A stretch of DNA of 64,000 bases from Octopus vulgaris (GCA_951406725.2 OX597843.1:19778001-19842000), one strand, 5' to 3'; shown: positions 17,068 through 29,673, counted from the stretch's first letter. A program made the numbers and translations. Notes: generated by a model from the letters alone, not told the origin.

Positions 17068-17212
17068 CCCAAGCCAAAATTGAACTGTTCTTCATAAAAG
17101 ACGTCTGATATCTTTTGAATACAACGACCACACTTAGGAAGACATGGAAAGCTTCAACACTCATCCACGCGAGAGATGTCAGAAGGAAGTAATGTAAGAG
17201 GACAGCCACTGC
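17068..17212 (-). CDS. aGPCR exon, TM3-ICL2-TM4 start
   Basis: AVAVLLHYFLLTSLAWMSVEAFHVFLSVVVVFKRYQTSFMKNSSILAWG (LHYFLL...WMxVEA); phase 0-1. Confidence 0.95.
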
Positions 17213-17378
17213 CTACAATAATAATAACAACAACGACAACAGGTTACTGATTTCTGAGATTGATACATGGTCTTAAATAGATATTGTTTTGCAGGGTGGT
17301 GGTATATGGTTAACTATATCAATGTCAGTACTTCATTGGTATTTTAGGTTTACAAACCCAGAAAGGGTGAAACCCAAA

Positions 17379-17837
17379 TTAGACGCCTGCTGAAGGGACA
17401 CAGTCTGTAGCTTTTGTGAACAAACTTTGCTTGGTATTGAGTGGTTGCATGCGGTGAGCTGGATTTGGGACTACACTTGGTGCTTGGGTGGAAGCAAGAC
17501 GTGGATTCATGGCTTGTTCAGCAATTTGACTTGGTCGCCGTTTTCGCGCATCCAGTTGATTATAAACAGGAAAACTGCTACGATGTTGCTTGAGCCGATC
17601 AAGTAATAAATAATATATTGCACTACATGGATCATATGCATTATTTTTCAGAGATTCGATAGTATGCTGCTGATCAATACCATTACTGTGCATCTGGCGT
17701 AGAATATATTCACTGAACTCTCCAACTTGACCCTTAGCACCAATAACAGGACTAGGGGGCAGACGTTTAGGAGGTCCACCATCTTCCTGAATCCAACGGT
17801 GGTTTCTGACCTGCTGAATAGTGAACCGTTTGGTTGA
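17379..17837 (-). pseudogene. SIK: Intronless fragment of a salt-inducible kinase (SIK family): kinase C-terminus, UBA domain and RRPS site
   Basis: KRFTIQQVRNHRW...GEFSEYILRQMHSNGIDQQHTIESLKNNAYDPCSAIYYLLLDRLKQHRSSFP...RKRRPSQIAEQ closely follows the SIK1/SIK2 sequence as I recall it; catalytic core absent. Confidence 0.85.
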
Positions 17838-18128
17838 ACGAGAGGCTAAGACAGACGTGTTGGCTGGGGTAGACGTTTCATATAAAGGTGAGGGGGAGGT
17901 GTGCAAGACGTTATGCAAAATACAATTTGAAGATAAAAGTTTTGGAATCTTTTGATAAAAGAATATTGGGCAAATTAAAGGCCGCAAATAAGTTGAAACT
18001 GGGAAAATGTTGGAAACAGTTGCAACGTAGGTTATTACAGGGTGGAATGTATTTGAGGTAGTATACGGTTGTTCATAACGCTTAACATAAAACAAAATAT
18101 TCAATGGCTTAGAAGTCTTTTCGCTTAC

Positions 18129-18249
18129 CTTACAACCAGCCATTGTTTGTACGTATGATTGCATCCCGACAAGGAAGATAAAATAAGTGACAGCCAAAGA
18201 ATAGCACAGGCTTACTAAAACCTTTGAACTCATTAAATCCCATAGTTTT
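18129..18249 (-). CDS. aGPCR exon, ICL1-TM2-ECL1
   Basis: KLWDLMSSKVLVSLCYSLAVTYFIFLVGMQSYVQTMAGCK; phase 2-0; |gtaagc. Confidence 0.93.
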
Positions 18250-18374
18250 CTGAAATAATGAACAAAAACAATTAATATTTTATTTATTGAAGCAAACTCT
18301 AAAACAATCACTCAATGCATAAATAATAACTACGACTGTGTGTGTTGGTGGCTGGCTCAGTCAGAAAATAAAGG

Positions 18375-18518
18375 ATATCTTAAAATCAATAAATATCTTA
18401 AAATCAATAAATATCTTAAAATCAATAAATATCTTAAAATCAATAAATATCTTAAAATCAATAAATATCTTAAAATCAATAAATATCTTAAAATCAATAA
18501 ATATCTTAAAATCAATAA
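18375..18518. repeat. 18-bp minisatellite, 8 perfect copies
   Basis: (atatcttaaaatcaataa)x8. Confidence 0.95.
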
Positions 18519-19290
18519 AATTTTCGAAGTTTCCTTTAATCTAGGTTTCCCTTTATTTCTCCATGCATCTGTGTTAAATATCGCGATATCACTGCACGTA
18601 TCCAGCTGTAACTTCACATTCCCCTTATTCAGTTTTATAGACACAAATTTTCTTTTTTGAGCCTCAGAATTTTTGTTGACATTCTTTCCAGAATATTTTC
18701 GTTCGACCTTTTTTATTCGTTTCACTCTACAATGTGAGTTTTTACGTCCGATTTTTACACACTTAAAACATTTTAGATCTTTAAAAGGACAGTTACCTTT
18801 AAAATGTAAACCTCCGTACTCAGAGTATGGACTGGGTTTTGACACTCGTTGTTTTTTTTTTTAGCCGTTTCAGGTCGACACGCATAAATCTGTGAACAAT
18901 CTTTTTCTTCAGTTTTATCCGCATCATGTCTTAAATTAATAATACTCTGGAATTCTTTAGCCGCTGCTTGTAGAGTTAAGTTTGGGTCTTGTTCAAATTT
19001 CGTTAATCTGCATCTTTGCTTGCAGTTAGCCCTCGAACAGAAACTAGACATTTGAATATGTTCGGAGTAAATTCATTTAATTTGAATTTTTCATACTCTC
19101 TGTTCACAGCTCCAGCATGGGTAACGAAATATTCCTCATGTTTTTGACTAAAGTTAAGCACTGCCAGTGAGAATTAAACGGGGAACTTGTTTCACTGGAA
19201 ATTTTCGATAAAAAAGTTTCTTCAAATTAATTTCACATGACGTAGATTGCGATTATACTGAAATTTGTTTTTCATCATAACCATACGTTT
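18519..19290 (-). mobile_element. Ty3/Gypsy gag-protease remnant
   Basis: Degenerate zinc knuckle CFKCVKIGRKNSHC followed by aspartic protease motif LQLDTCSD. Confidence 0.7.
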
Positions 19291-19719
19291 TGATGATGTA
19301 GAATACAATTATGTTAGGAAAATACTTCTGAAGCATATTCCATCTTTTCCTATCTAGAATTTATTAAATGCGTATGTTTTCCATAAAAGGAAATTTTTCA
19401 GAGATACTGGCTTAATTCAAAATGTGAATTTGTTGAAACAGTTATTTGTTATGTTACAGGCTTTAGAACATCCCCACGTGATCACTGGATTCATGCTATT
19501 TCTAGCATACTAAATGACCACATAAAGGATGGGCTACTCTTGTGTTTGTTTAAAAGAGAGAGATTAATGTGGCGAAGTTTAGTCAAAGTAATACCCGATT
19601 TCTTCATGAAATCCAATACTGTCTTGGTGAGTGGTATTATTCTGAATTTGTTTTCTGGGTGAGCAAATACGATTACACAAATAAAAGATACAAAGGAAAA
19701 TTAGTTGTAATATACCAGA

Positions 19720-19761
<42 letters not shown>

Positions 19762-19985
19762 AGGCGAAGTCACTACTGTCGCTACTCTATTGTTCTATAT
19801 TTTTTGTGAATTATAAAGCTATTCATCAAAGTGATAATATTCTGGAATTCTTTCCTCACCCATATTTTCCCTATAGACATCAAACACACCGATCTGACCA
19901 GCCTGTGAGTACCCCACAAACTGAGGTATACTGTCTCTCTGCATTTGAATAGTTTATAAAAGGAAGTAGAAACTGAAATGCTTAC

Positions 19986-20101
19986 CTGAAACAAACATGA
20001 ATTATTATTGTAAGAACAAGACAGACGAATGACATTGCACACCCTGTTTTTGATATAATAGATAAGGCATTGTCTGTCTCTCTTTCAGCCTGGTAGACAT
20101 T
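19986..20101 (-). CDS. aGPCR exon, TM1
   Basis: NVYQAERETDNALSIISKTGCAMSFVCLVLTIIIHVCFR (GCxxS motif); phase 0-2. Confidence 0.93.
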
Positions 20102-20874
20102 CTACAAAAGAAACAAACAAAAACAGATTAGCTCCTCCTACTACTCCTTTCTTATATGTCAGTTAGTACTTATGAAACGAGAGTGTATAATGCTGATGTA
20201 GAATGTGAGGACTCTGCTGCATTAATAATGTTCCAGGTAAGGTTGACACTAATAGAAACAATATGAAGGATCTGGCTATTTATTCTCAGTCTTCGTGATG
20301 TTAGGTGATGGCAGAACTGGAATGGGGTGAACAAACATGTGCCTTTAGCTCCGCTTTCCTTCAGGCTGAAATAGTTACCGCAGACAGGGGGATGTTTTAT
20401 TGTAGGTAGCAGAGGTATTGTTTGGAGCATGTATATTATTGAAATGAAAGTCTCAGGTGGAGAAATGACATGCACGAGAGGAGAGATCTTGTGACAGAAT
20501 CATGAAGAGACCAAATATTAACGTCTGAATAGCAAGCATGTCTCAATATAAATGAAGGTTTTTAAATCAGGAGAGATGATTCCGACGATCTCTACCCACT
20601 TCACATCAATGCTGAAGGAATTACTATGCATTACATTGGGAATGGTAGTATCGTACATTTAAAAGGAACCATCCGGTGTATAAACTATAAAGAACAGCGA
20701 TGACAACTAGAACAGCAGAGACTTTTTACAATATATCAACCTTATATATTTACCAAGATACTCTGCACCACAAAAGGCAGGGGATATGTTATTACACAAC
20801 TCTTTAAAATCAGTAATGATTAGACATAACTGTCAAATTACGGGTAATTAACAACTTGTCAAATTATTACCAAC

Positions 20875-21024
20875 CATTAGTAAGGCAAAACTTGTAAGAT
20901 GGTAACAGGAGCAAACTATTTCCTTTCCAGATTCATGTTTGGATATTCCACAACCTCTTGATGACCACCCGGGACTCAGTCCTGAGCTTTCATCCCAGTA
21001 AACACATTGTGGGTTGGTGGCATT
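20875..21024 (-). CDS. aGPCR exon, GPS autoproteolysis motif and Stachel start
   Basis: NATNPQCVYWDESSGLSPGWSSRGCGISKHESGKEIVCSCYHLTSFALLM is a canonical GPS; phase 0-0. Confidence 0.95.
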
Positions 21025-21421
21025 CTGAAAAAATTAAACATTGATAATTTGATCTAATTACTTTGTAATTAGAATATTTGTAATTATAATGCGACTCGTC
21101 TGACTTAGAAAATACCGAAAAAACCATGATCGTCGATGTTTGGTTGGTATTGACATTGTGAACTCCATAATACATGCTGTGACATAGTTCAACTGATCAT
21201 TTCATCTTGTTTATAAGTCTATGTCTTTTCTAGTAATTTACACAGAATCGTTATTAGAAGGGAAGAAAAGGACATTGGATAGAGTAGTTCTAGAAATACC
21301 TAATGAAATATAAAATGATATGGTGTACACGGCTGGGATGTGTTTCATCATAGGTCTACTGGGTCAGGGATGGCATGAACCTTAATAGCAACAGCAGCAA
21401 TAATAAATACATAGCTATTAC

Positions 21422-21550
21422 CTGATCTAATATATTGAACGATATATTAACCGATTCATCAAGGTCGCTTACTGAAAGGTTAGGAATGTTTGCTGCAAGA
21501 ACATGGCTGTTGATTCTAACATTTTGCTTGGTACTAGCGTTTTGTGTTAC
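21422..21550 (-). CDS. aGPCR exon, GAIN subdomain B
   Basis: VTQNASTKQNVRINSHVLAANIPNLSVSDLDESVNISFNILDQ (NSxVxxA...V.I.F pattern); phase 0-0. Confidence 0.87.
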
Positions 21551-22714
21551 CTGTAAAGAAAATTCATTATGTAAATCAATTTATTCAGTGGAATACATTG
21601 CTAAAGCGTGAAACGATCAAATGTTTTTGTTGTCCTTAGACATCGTTACTTTAGTCAACAGCCCAACTTAGTAAAATATATACTGGTCTCAAACTTTGGC
21701 ACAAGGCCAGAGTTTAGGGGGTGGAGTAAGTCTATTACATAAAAACCAGTAGTTTCATAGATTTAAAAGGAACCATTCGGTGTATAAACTATAAAGAGCA
21801 GCGATGACAACTAGAACAGCAGAGACATTTTACAATATATCAACCTTATATATTTACCAAGATACTCTGCACCACAAAATGCAGTGGATATGTTATTACA
21901 CAACTCTTTAAAATCAGTAATGATTAGACATAACTGTCAAATTACGGGTAATTAACAACTTGTCAAATTATTACTGGTACTTATTTTATTGACTGTGAAA
22001 GAATGAAAAGCAGAGTCGACATCGGCGAAATTTGAACTCAAGACATGAAATGGCTCTATGCATTTTACCCAGCATGCTAACTATTCTGCAAGTCGAAAGC
22101 CTGGCAATAATACAATATATATTACAAAAAATATCCCATGGGGGTTCGCACGTGACAGTTGTACTTGTTCTGAGGGACGGATAATTTGTTTAATACTGAA
22201 ATTGTTTACATAATGGTGGCCGGTATTCGAGTAATTCTGTTGGTAATCAACGAATCCCACGTTCAATTTCACTGCTTAACATCTTGAGTAAATGGATGTC
22301 TAACACAGATTCCGGTTGGTAATTTGTTCTGTAATCCATTTGTAAGTATAAATGTGAGTGTATGTATGTATGAATTCACACACACACACAGAGTAAAGTT
22401 TCTTTGTTTCTTGTATTAAGTAGGCAGTATTCAGAAATGCTCAGATAAAAGACACGAGACGCAAAGATATAAAAAAGTATAAAGGTTAAGGAGAATTTCA
22501 GACAGGCTCAACAATTCAATCATGCATATATTGTCATGGATCAATGCATATCGGTCTTTAAAATATACCAATGTATCAGTCGTTAAAATATTGAAACATT
22601 AAAAATTCATGAATATACAAATATATAAAAATCTAATATACATATATAAATAGATGAGTGAAAATAGGTTAGGACGGCGTTGTAAAAATTATTAAGAATA
22701 AAAGTATGTATATA

Positions 22715-23919
22715 CAGGGGTTGGACAAAATAATGGAAACACCTAACATCATAGCATCATAATTTTGAAATATCTATAAAACCGTCAAAAGCTTGTTTAT
22801 TTTTGTTTTTTTATTTATTATTAGTGTCCCTAATGTTTTGCTAAAATTGCTGTTTCTTTTCAGATATCATCAGAAAAATGTAATTAAAATTTATCAAAAT
22901 GACAGATCTGTCAGACTTTCAAAGAGGTAAAATTGTTGGTAGGCGCTAGCATAATGAAAACAGCCGAAATGTTTGGTGTATTAAGAAGTACTGTCTCGAA
23001 AGTAATGAGAAAACCTCTTCGTCGAAACAAAACTCCGGAAGAAAACCAAAACTTTCAGATAGGGACGATCGGACTCTTACGTGAATTGTTTGTTAGAAAA
23101 GATCACAAAAGTACAGATCCCAAAACTACTGCAGAGCTTAATGACCACCTCGAGAACCCATTTCCGACAGAAACTGTTCGCCGAGAGCTCCACAAAGCCG
23201 GATTACATGAGAGGGCTGCAATCAGAAAACCATTACTTTCAAAAACAAACGTTAGAGTGGAGTAAAAACCTACAGAATTGATCCCTAGAGCCGTGGAAGA
23301 ATTTTATTCTCTCGGTCGAGTCATCCTCTACCTTAGTTTCGACCATCGGCCGAGTATACGTGTAGAAACAGACAAAAGAAGCATTTGAACCAGACTGCCT
23401 TCTTCCAACTGTTAAACATGGAGGAGGATCTGTGTTGATCTGAGTGGCTATATCTTGGAAATCCGCCGGCTCAATGGTTTCCCTTCATGGCAGTATTAAT
23501 AGTCTAGGCTATTTAAGCATTTTACTTGATCAGCTTCATCCTATGACTGCGGAACTGCTTCCAGAGGGAAACGCAATCATTCAGGATGATAATGCACCAA
23601 TTCACACAGCTAAAGTTGTTACTGAATGGCATGAAGAACATTCTAGTGCAGTCGAACATCTTATCTGGCCACCACTGTCCCCAGATCTCAATATTATTGA
23701 ACATGTATGGTGCATTTTAGATAAACAAGTAAGGAGTCGATATCCTCCACCATCATCACTACAAGAACTGGAGACTGTTTTAGCTGAAGAATGGAGAAAA
23801 ATTCCTTTGGAAACAATTCAAACTTTGTACGAGTCCATACCTCGTAGAATTCAAGCCAAAGACGATCCTACCTCATATTAAAATACATTTGTTTGAGATT
23901 TTAAGGTGTCCAGCCTCTG
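22715..23919 (+). mobile_element. Tc1-like DNA transposon, near full-length, defective
   Basis: TA-flanked termini caggggttggaca.../...tgtccagcctctg; MTDLSDFQRG, KHGGGSV, QDDNAPIH, WPPLSPDLNIIEHVW; stops and frameshifts. Confidence 0.92.
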
Positions 23920-24541
23920 TATGTACGCATAAAATACATATGTCTATACATATGTGTATGATAGTGTATATATGTAAGAGTAATTATAATCTTCATCATG
24001 ATCATTATTTAGCATGTTTTCCATGCTGGCATGAATTTGATGCTTGGAAAGGATCCCACGAACCCCAGGATTATATCAATCTATAATGTTGACTTTGGCA
24101 ACGGTTTCTACAGCTGAATGGCCTTCCTGATACCATCCTCTTTACAATGTGTTCTAAGTGATATTCCAGTGTTACCAGTAAAAGTAAGCCCACCAAAACA
24201 AAGAAAAGGGGAAAAAATCCCCCTCGGTAGTGAAGGAGAATATTTGAAAAAATAGGGGTGAGTGGTATTATACTAATGCTGAAGGTTAGATTATGGTGGA
24301 AGGACAAACAGGAGATGCAGACTATCCCATTTTATGTGTGTGGGTGGCAGTAGGTAAAAACAAGATATAGACAGAGGTAACGAGGTGCCTGGGTATATGT
24401 ACGAAGTACAAGAAGGTAGGTACATGAGGGTATCCAGACAGTGGGACACGTGGGTAAAGAGTGTGTAAAGAGATAGTGACAAATGGTAAAGTTGGGGCCA
24501 AGAGGTCGATTGTGTAAGGGATGAGTAAAATCTGTTAACGT

Positions 24542-24870
24542 CCCTTATGGTATTTGCAAAGGGAGGTCATCCCTTTCTCGTCAACCTAAGTGATACGCAC
24601 GGACTGCAGTTTCTAGGTATTTGCCTGTCTTCGACGTACGGCAATCACCGGTTTTCGATGAAGGGAGTCCGTTTGCAAATACTTATTTTCGAAATCAGTG
24701 ACGGAAGTTACTGGAAAAACAATAAATAAATATTTGCAAACGGTCTCCCTTCATCGAAAACCGGTGATTGCCGTACGCCGAAGACAGGCAAATACCTAGA
24801 AACTGCAGTCCGTGCGTATCACTTAGGTTGACGAGAGAGGGATGACCTCCCTTTGCAAATACCATACGGG
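24542..24870. mobile_element. MITE / fold-back element with about 145-bp inverted arms
   Basis: 24542-24688 is the near-perfect reverse complement of 24724-24870; spacer about 35 bp. Confidence 0.88.
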
Positions 24871-25459
24871 CACAGAAAGTGTGCCTAAAGCCAGCTGGAG
24901 ACGATGATCACCTGGGGCTACAAGCTACAGTAACACCCACCCTTAGTGGTTAGCCATATAGAGATGGCTAGTATACTTTATGCTTTATATTTGTATTTCA
25001 ATTATAAATGCTCTTCACGTCGTTACTTTAATCTAATGTTATTTCAAGAGCAAACAGTGATTTCCTTTATATCTGATCAACAGAAATCAACAAATGTTTA
25101 AACTTTAGATTTTTATATTTGAACAAAGACTCTAAATTAACTCAGAATGTCCGGTGTATTGGTCATTCTGTAGCGCTCCAATCAAGCTGAAACATCGGTT
25201 TCTGATGATTCGTGGATGTTATTTCTGTGTTTTTAATATACCAACTTCCTTAAGAGTAGTCTGTCCGAAATAAAACTCAAAACAAATACCCTCCTGAGTT
25301 TCTATATGCGTAATAAATTGTTCACATACACATACTCTCATATATAGATGTGTACATACACGCAAACATTGGCAGTTGTATTGTATTAGTATTGTCTCAA
25401 AATGTATCAATTCAAACATTCTCTGGTCAACAAGAAATTTTTCCATTTTTGTTCCATAC

Positions 25460-25618
25460 CCTATATAGCTTATCGTCCCGCATGGAGAAAAAAGTTATCC
25501 GCGAAACGGATGACCTTTCTTCGTCTTTCAGATGTTTTAATAAACTCCTTGGTAATGAAATAGATGCCATGATCTTCGCATCTGCTTCTTGTTGGTCGGG
25601 ATTTGGTGAGGGATTTAT
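25460..25618 (-). CDS. aGPCR exon, GAIN subdomain B
   Basis: INPSPNPDQQEADAKIMASISLPRSLLKHLKDEERSSVSRITFFSMRDDKLYR (ASIxLP motif); phase 0-0. Confidence 0.87.
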
Positions 25619-26302
25619 CTGGTGGAGAAAAAGAAAGATAAATTGAAATCAATAAAGAATAAATAACACTACTACAGTTGCTACTGCTACTATTATTGTA
25701 ACCTCTTCTTCTACAACCACTACACGACTACAACATTGCAAGTAACATAATATCTAAAACTACCAGTATCATACACTGCCATTATCTCATACACAAGCAA
25801 CCATTGGGGTTTCTAAGTCGGTCGACTAATTATTGGTCTATTCAATAATTTTCTACATTCTGCCTCGATCGCTTTCTTGTCTTGGGATCGCAGTGACATG
25901 AAAACAGACGTATTCTGTACAAAACTCTCATTATCTCATTGTTTTCAACCAATGACATAATTTTCCACTAATTATTCCTGAAACGTTTTGTAACAAGCAC
26001 ACATACATACAACCAAATACACACATATACTCCCTTAGCTACACAATTACACGTGATGATGTATACAGCTGAAGCATGCACAAACTTGTTATATTTTTCT
26101 GATGAAGCAAATGATCAGAAAAATAATGCGGCCACTTGCACGAGTGTAAGTTCTAATTATTGTGCCAGGGTTATTGATGATCTATTTAATCTGATTGATA
26201 CATACATACATACATACATACATACGTACATACGTACATACGTACATACGTACGTACATACATACATACATACATACATACATACATACATACATACATA
26301 CA

Positions 26303-26333
<31 letters not shown>

Positions 26334-26743
26334 TTACATACCGAGGGCGGGGGCTGAAAAGTTGAAAAATTTCTTGCCTTGGGCAAACGAAAATATAGGA
26401 GGATCAGTTAATTATGATTTTAATCAACATATTTCCCTCTCAGACTCATTGCAGAGGTTCTAGTTGTTTTAAGTCTTGTAAAAGAACGCGGAAGGTTGAC
26501 CTTCCAACCAGTCCTTTCACGATTCCCTTAAAGCCATGACTTTCAGCATCTCCTCGTATACAAAGATAGGTATATAGATAGATATATAGTTAGATAGAAT
26601 TGTAAGCCGCGTCAAATAAAATAAGTACAAAATCTACTTTATATGACAATAAAATTAATTATATTCCATTCTAATGTATTTTATCAACTTGGGTGTTTAG
26701 AACAAACGGTTAACAAGAGAGTAATCATGAGAATGTTTAGTAC

Positions 26744-26915
26744 CCATGCGTTTGCATCTGTTCCATTGGTTCCATAGGAAACGCCATAGAAAAGACCATC
26801 GAATGTATCATTTTTCACTTTGGCAACACCAATACCAAGATTAGAATAGATAGCTGTGACTTGCTGCTCCTCCAGTGAAATCTTTTCTGGGATATCTTGT
26901 ATAAGATCCAGCAAT
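26744..26915 (-). CDS. aGPCR exon, GAIN
   Basis: LLDLIQDIPEKISLEEQQVTAIYSNLGIGVAKV...NAW; phase 2-0. Confidence 0.85.
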
Positions 26916-27121
26916 CTGTGAGGAAATCAAGAAAACGACTTTCCATTAACAATGTGTTTCGAATACGTAATTAGCTTTAGGTGTAATTACACTAATTATT
27001 TCGCTTAACAAATTTTTGCATGCTACTCTTGCTTCTAATACTTCTGTTGTTGTTGTTAGCGTTGATGCAACAACTTTTATTATTTATGCCCTGCAAATAA
27101 GGTCGCTGCAGCTATTACTAT

Positions 27122-27188
27122 TTCTTCTTCTTCTTCTTCTTCTTCTTCTTCTTCTTCTTCTTCTTCTTCTTCTTCTTCTTCTTCTTCT

Positions 27189-27275
<87 letters not shown>
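27122..27275. repeat. Compound (CTT)n(CTG)n(CTA)n microsatellite
   Basis: Direct reading; intronic. Confidence 0.95.
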
Positions 27276-27276
<1 letters not shown>

Positions 27277-27301
27277 TCATCAAAAGTGATTTGAATATTA
27301 C

Positions 27302-27521
27302 CTGTTGGCACTTCTCTTCTCTTGTTCAGCTCCAGCCAAAACCTCCTCTGGTATGTTTATCAAATTGTTTATAGACCGAAGTGTATTATTCGCAGACACT
27401 TTCGGTATCAATGACACCATTTTCTCATGAATGCCTACAACCAATTCAGCATCAACTTCTTTGAAATATATTGATTTGTTTGATATATTTAACATCTCTT
27501 TCGAAATATTGTCGAAGTTTG
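27302..27521 (-). CDS. aGPCR exon, GAIN subdomain A
   Basis: NFDNISKEMLNIS...SINNLINIPEEVLAGAEQEKRSANR; phase 1-2. Confidence 0.88.
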
Positions 27522-27816
27522 CTGGAAAATTTAACATGAAATTTAAATAAATTACAGTCGCCTTGAGTTGAAATATTAGATGAAAATTAAGTGTTATTTA
27601 ACAATTAATGAATCACCAGAATTTAACTAACAACTCCGACTCTAAATAGCACAAAGATTGCTGAATGCGTTCAGTTTATCAGTTGTATACTCAATGTTAT
27701 ACATCGTTAGTGTCTCCTTCTTTGTAACATTAACTGGAATAGTGGGGGAGTTATGGAACCTTTAATTGTTGAGTAACACAGATACTTGATGGTGGTGGTA
27801 GTGAGGGCTGTACGTA

Positions 27817-28648
27817 CATTAGGGTGAAGCGAATAATGCAACTTTCGAAATTGGTAACCAAGAACCGATATTTCGTTGCGGATTAGGGTTAACAAAAGGC
27901 GTATCACGATCTGTGCGGTTTAAATATGTTTTTCAGGCTCCGCAACGTCATTGAAAGTTTTGAAAATTGCTAATTTTGGTCGAATTTTTGATTTCATGGA
28001 TTATAAGTTGTAACGAACACATACTTCTACATGGCGCAATGCAAAACAGTAAATATAGTATCCTTAATAATTTGCATACCAAGTTTCAATAAAATTGACT
28101 GATATCTTGAGGTTCCGAATTGAATATAAAGAGAACGGGTGTGTGAACTTCACTCGGGTACCACTGCAAAGGTCGTTGCGTGTGGTCGTAGGTCGTACGT
28201 GTGTGAAGTTGTCTGCTTTGTGCCTTGACTTTAGGCCATTGCATTAAAATCAATAATCGTATTAAATTTAGTGTTGTTTATATCTAGTGATGCCTCATAA
28301 ATCAATAACGCATCATGATGTTGAAATTTTAAGCGTGTTGCGGAGCCAAAAGATATAACAGACAGAGCTTGAGATTTTAACAAACTTATTTTTCAAACAA
28401 TTTTGCAAAAGAAAATTAATTCGTAACATCGAAGGTGAAAAATAAAATGAAGAATGGCAAATGTGTTATAAACTGATTTTTTGCTCATTATTAAACATTT
28501 CAAGTGAGCGGCGGAGCTTGAAGATGTAAATTTTAGAACTTTAGATTTTAACAGAATGGTTTTTAAAGGATTTCGCAATAAAAAAATATATTCTTAAAAA
28601 CATATTCCGAAAATCTGTGTAAAAAGTTTTTTTTGCTCCACCCTAATG
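27817..28648. mobile_element. Non-autonomous DNA element with short TIRs
   Basis: cattagggtgaagc at the left and gctccaccctaatg at the right; no coding remnant or TSD recognised. Confidence 0.5.
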
Positions 28649-28654
28649 GCAACC

Positions 28655-28945
28655 AATGAAATTCGACTTCGGCGGAATTTGAACTCAGAGCGTAAAGACG
28701 GCTGAAATATCTATTTCCTTACTACCCACAAGGGGCTAAACACAGAGAGGACAAACAAGGACAGACAAACGGACTAAGGCGATTATATCGAAACCAGTGC
28801 GTAACTGGTTCTTATTTAATCGACCCCGAAAGGATGAAAGGCAAAGTCGACCTCAGCGGAATTTGAACTCAGTACGTAGCGGCGGACGAAATACCACAAA
28901 GCATTTCGCCCGGCGTGCTAACGTTTCTACCAGCTCGCCGCCTTA
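28655..28945 (+). mobile_element. SINE family B (other copies at about 2875-3000 -, 14165-14290, 21690-22090, 29720-30020, 41165-41295, 51470-51785 -)
   Basis: Recurrent core atcgaccccgaaaggatgaaaggcaaagtcgacctcggcggaatttgaactcag. Confidence 0.82.
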
Positions 28946-29515
28946 TTTAAAAATTAATAAATTTTCACGAAGGTCTAATGAGAAATTGAAATCATCACAT
29001 CACTAAATGCATATGAAAATCTATTCAATTTGACAGTGCCATATTGACATTTGAGAGAAGTAAATTGCTTATATTCTATGACAAATAGGCATGTAGGGTG
29101 CGTCATTGAAGATTTAAATGTTTTATAACGTAATGCATTCGAAGGGGTATGTACCAGTAATATCCCTGTTGTTTTCCTGCTTCTCTATCTACCCAGCCTC
29201 TCTCAAGAAGATTATCGAAAAAGTAGTTTTAAATGATATAATAATAAACCCAACCCGCCTAAGTAATAAATTCTTTCATAACATTTCCGTAATGGTTTGC
29301 CGTTGGACGAGATGAATACATTGCTGGAGAAGTCGAAAGGGAGAATACGGCGCATTACATTTTGGTAGATAATTTTAATTACGAATGAACACACACACAC
29401 ACACACACACACACATGGTGATCGTAATGGAACAGGTATACAAAGGCATACACACAGATACCTCTTCTACTACTTCTACTATTGTAAGTGTCCTTCGAAA
29501 CTATTGCTCGCTCAC

Positions 29516-29673
29516 CTGTATCGATACTTTTTGCGATGTCGTTCAGTCGTTCAGTGATCCTCACTGTATCGTTACATTGTGACATGTCTGGTTCTTTCCA
29601 GATACCAGTAAACGGTGAACACTTTGCTGTCGTCATATATTGACTTGATGCCATTTCTGAGTCTCTGGGAGAA
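29516..29673 (-). CDS. aGPCR exon, HormR part 2 and start of GAIN
   Basis: SPRDSEMASSQYMTTAKCSPFTGIWKEPDMSQCNDTVRITERLNDIAKSIDT has the GxWxxPDxSxC motif; phase 2-1; |gtgag. Confidence 0.88.

Larger units (their letters stand above)
20657..21974. repeat. 214-bp direct duplication (20657-20870 and 21761-21974)
   Basis: About 5 mismatches by eye; the second copy interrupts a family B SINE. Confidence 0.9.

Noticed and set aside
27016-27311. Poly-L/E/S/R ORFs (also 30200-30700 and 57468-57941)
   Set aside because: Trinucleotide microsatellites within introns.
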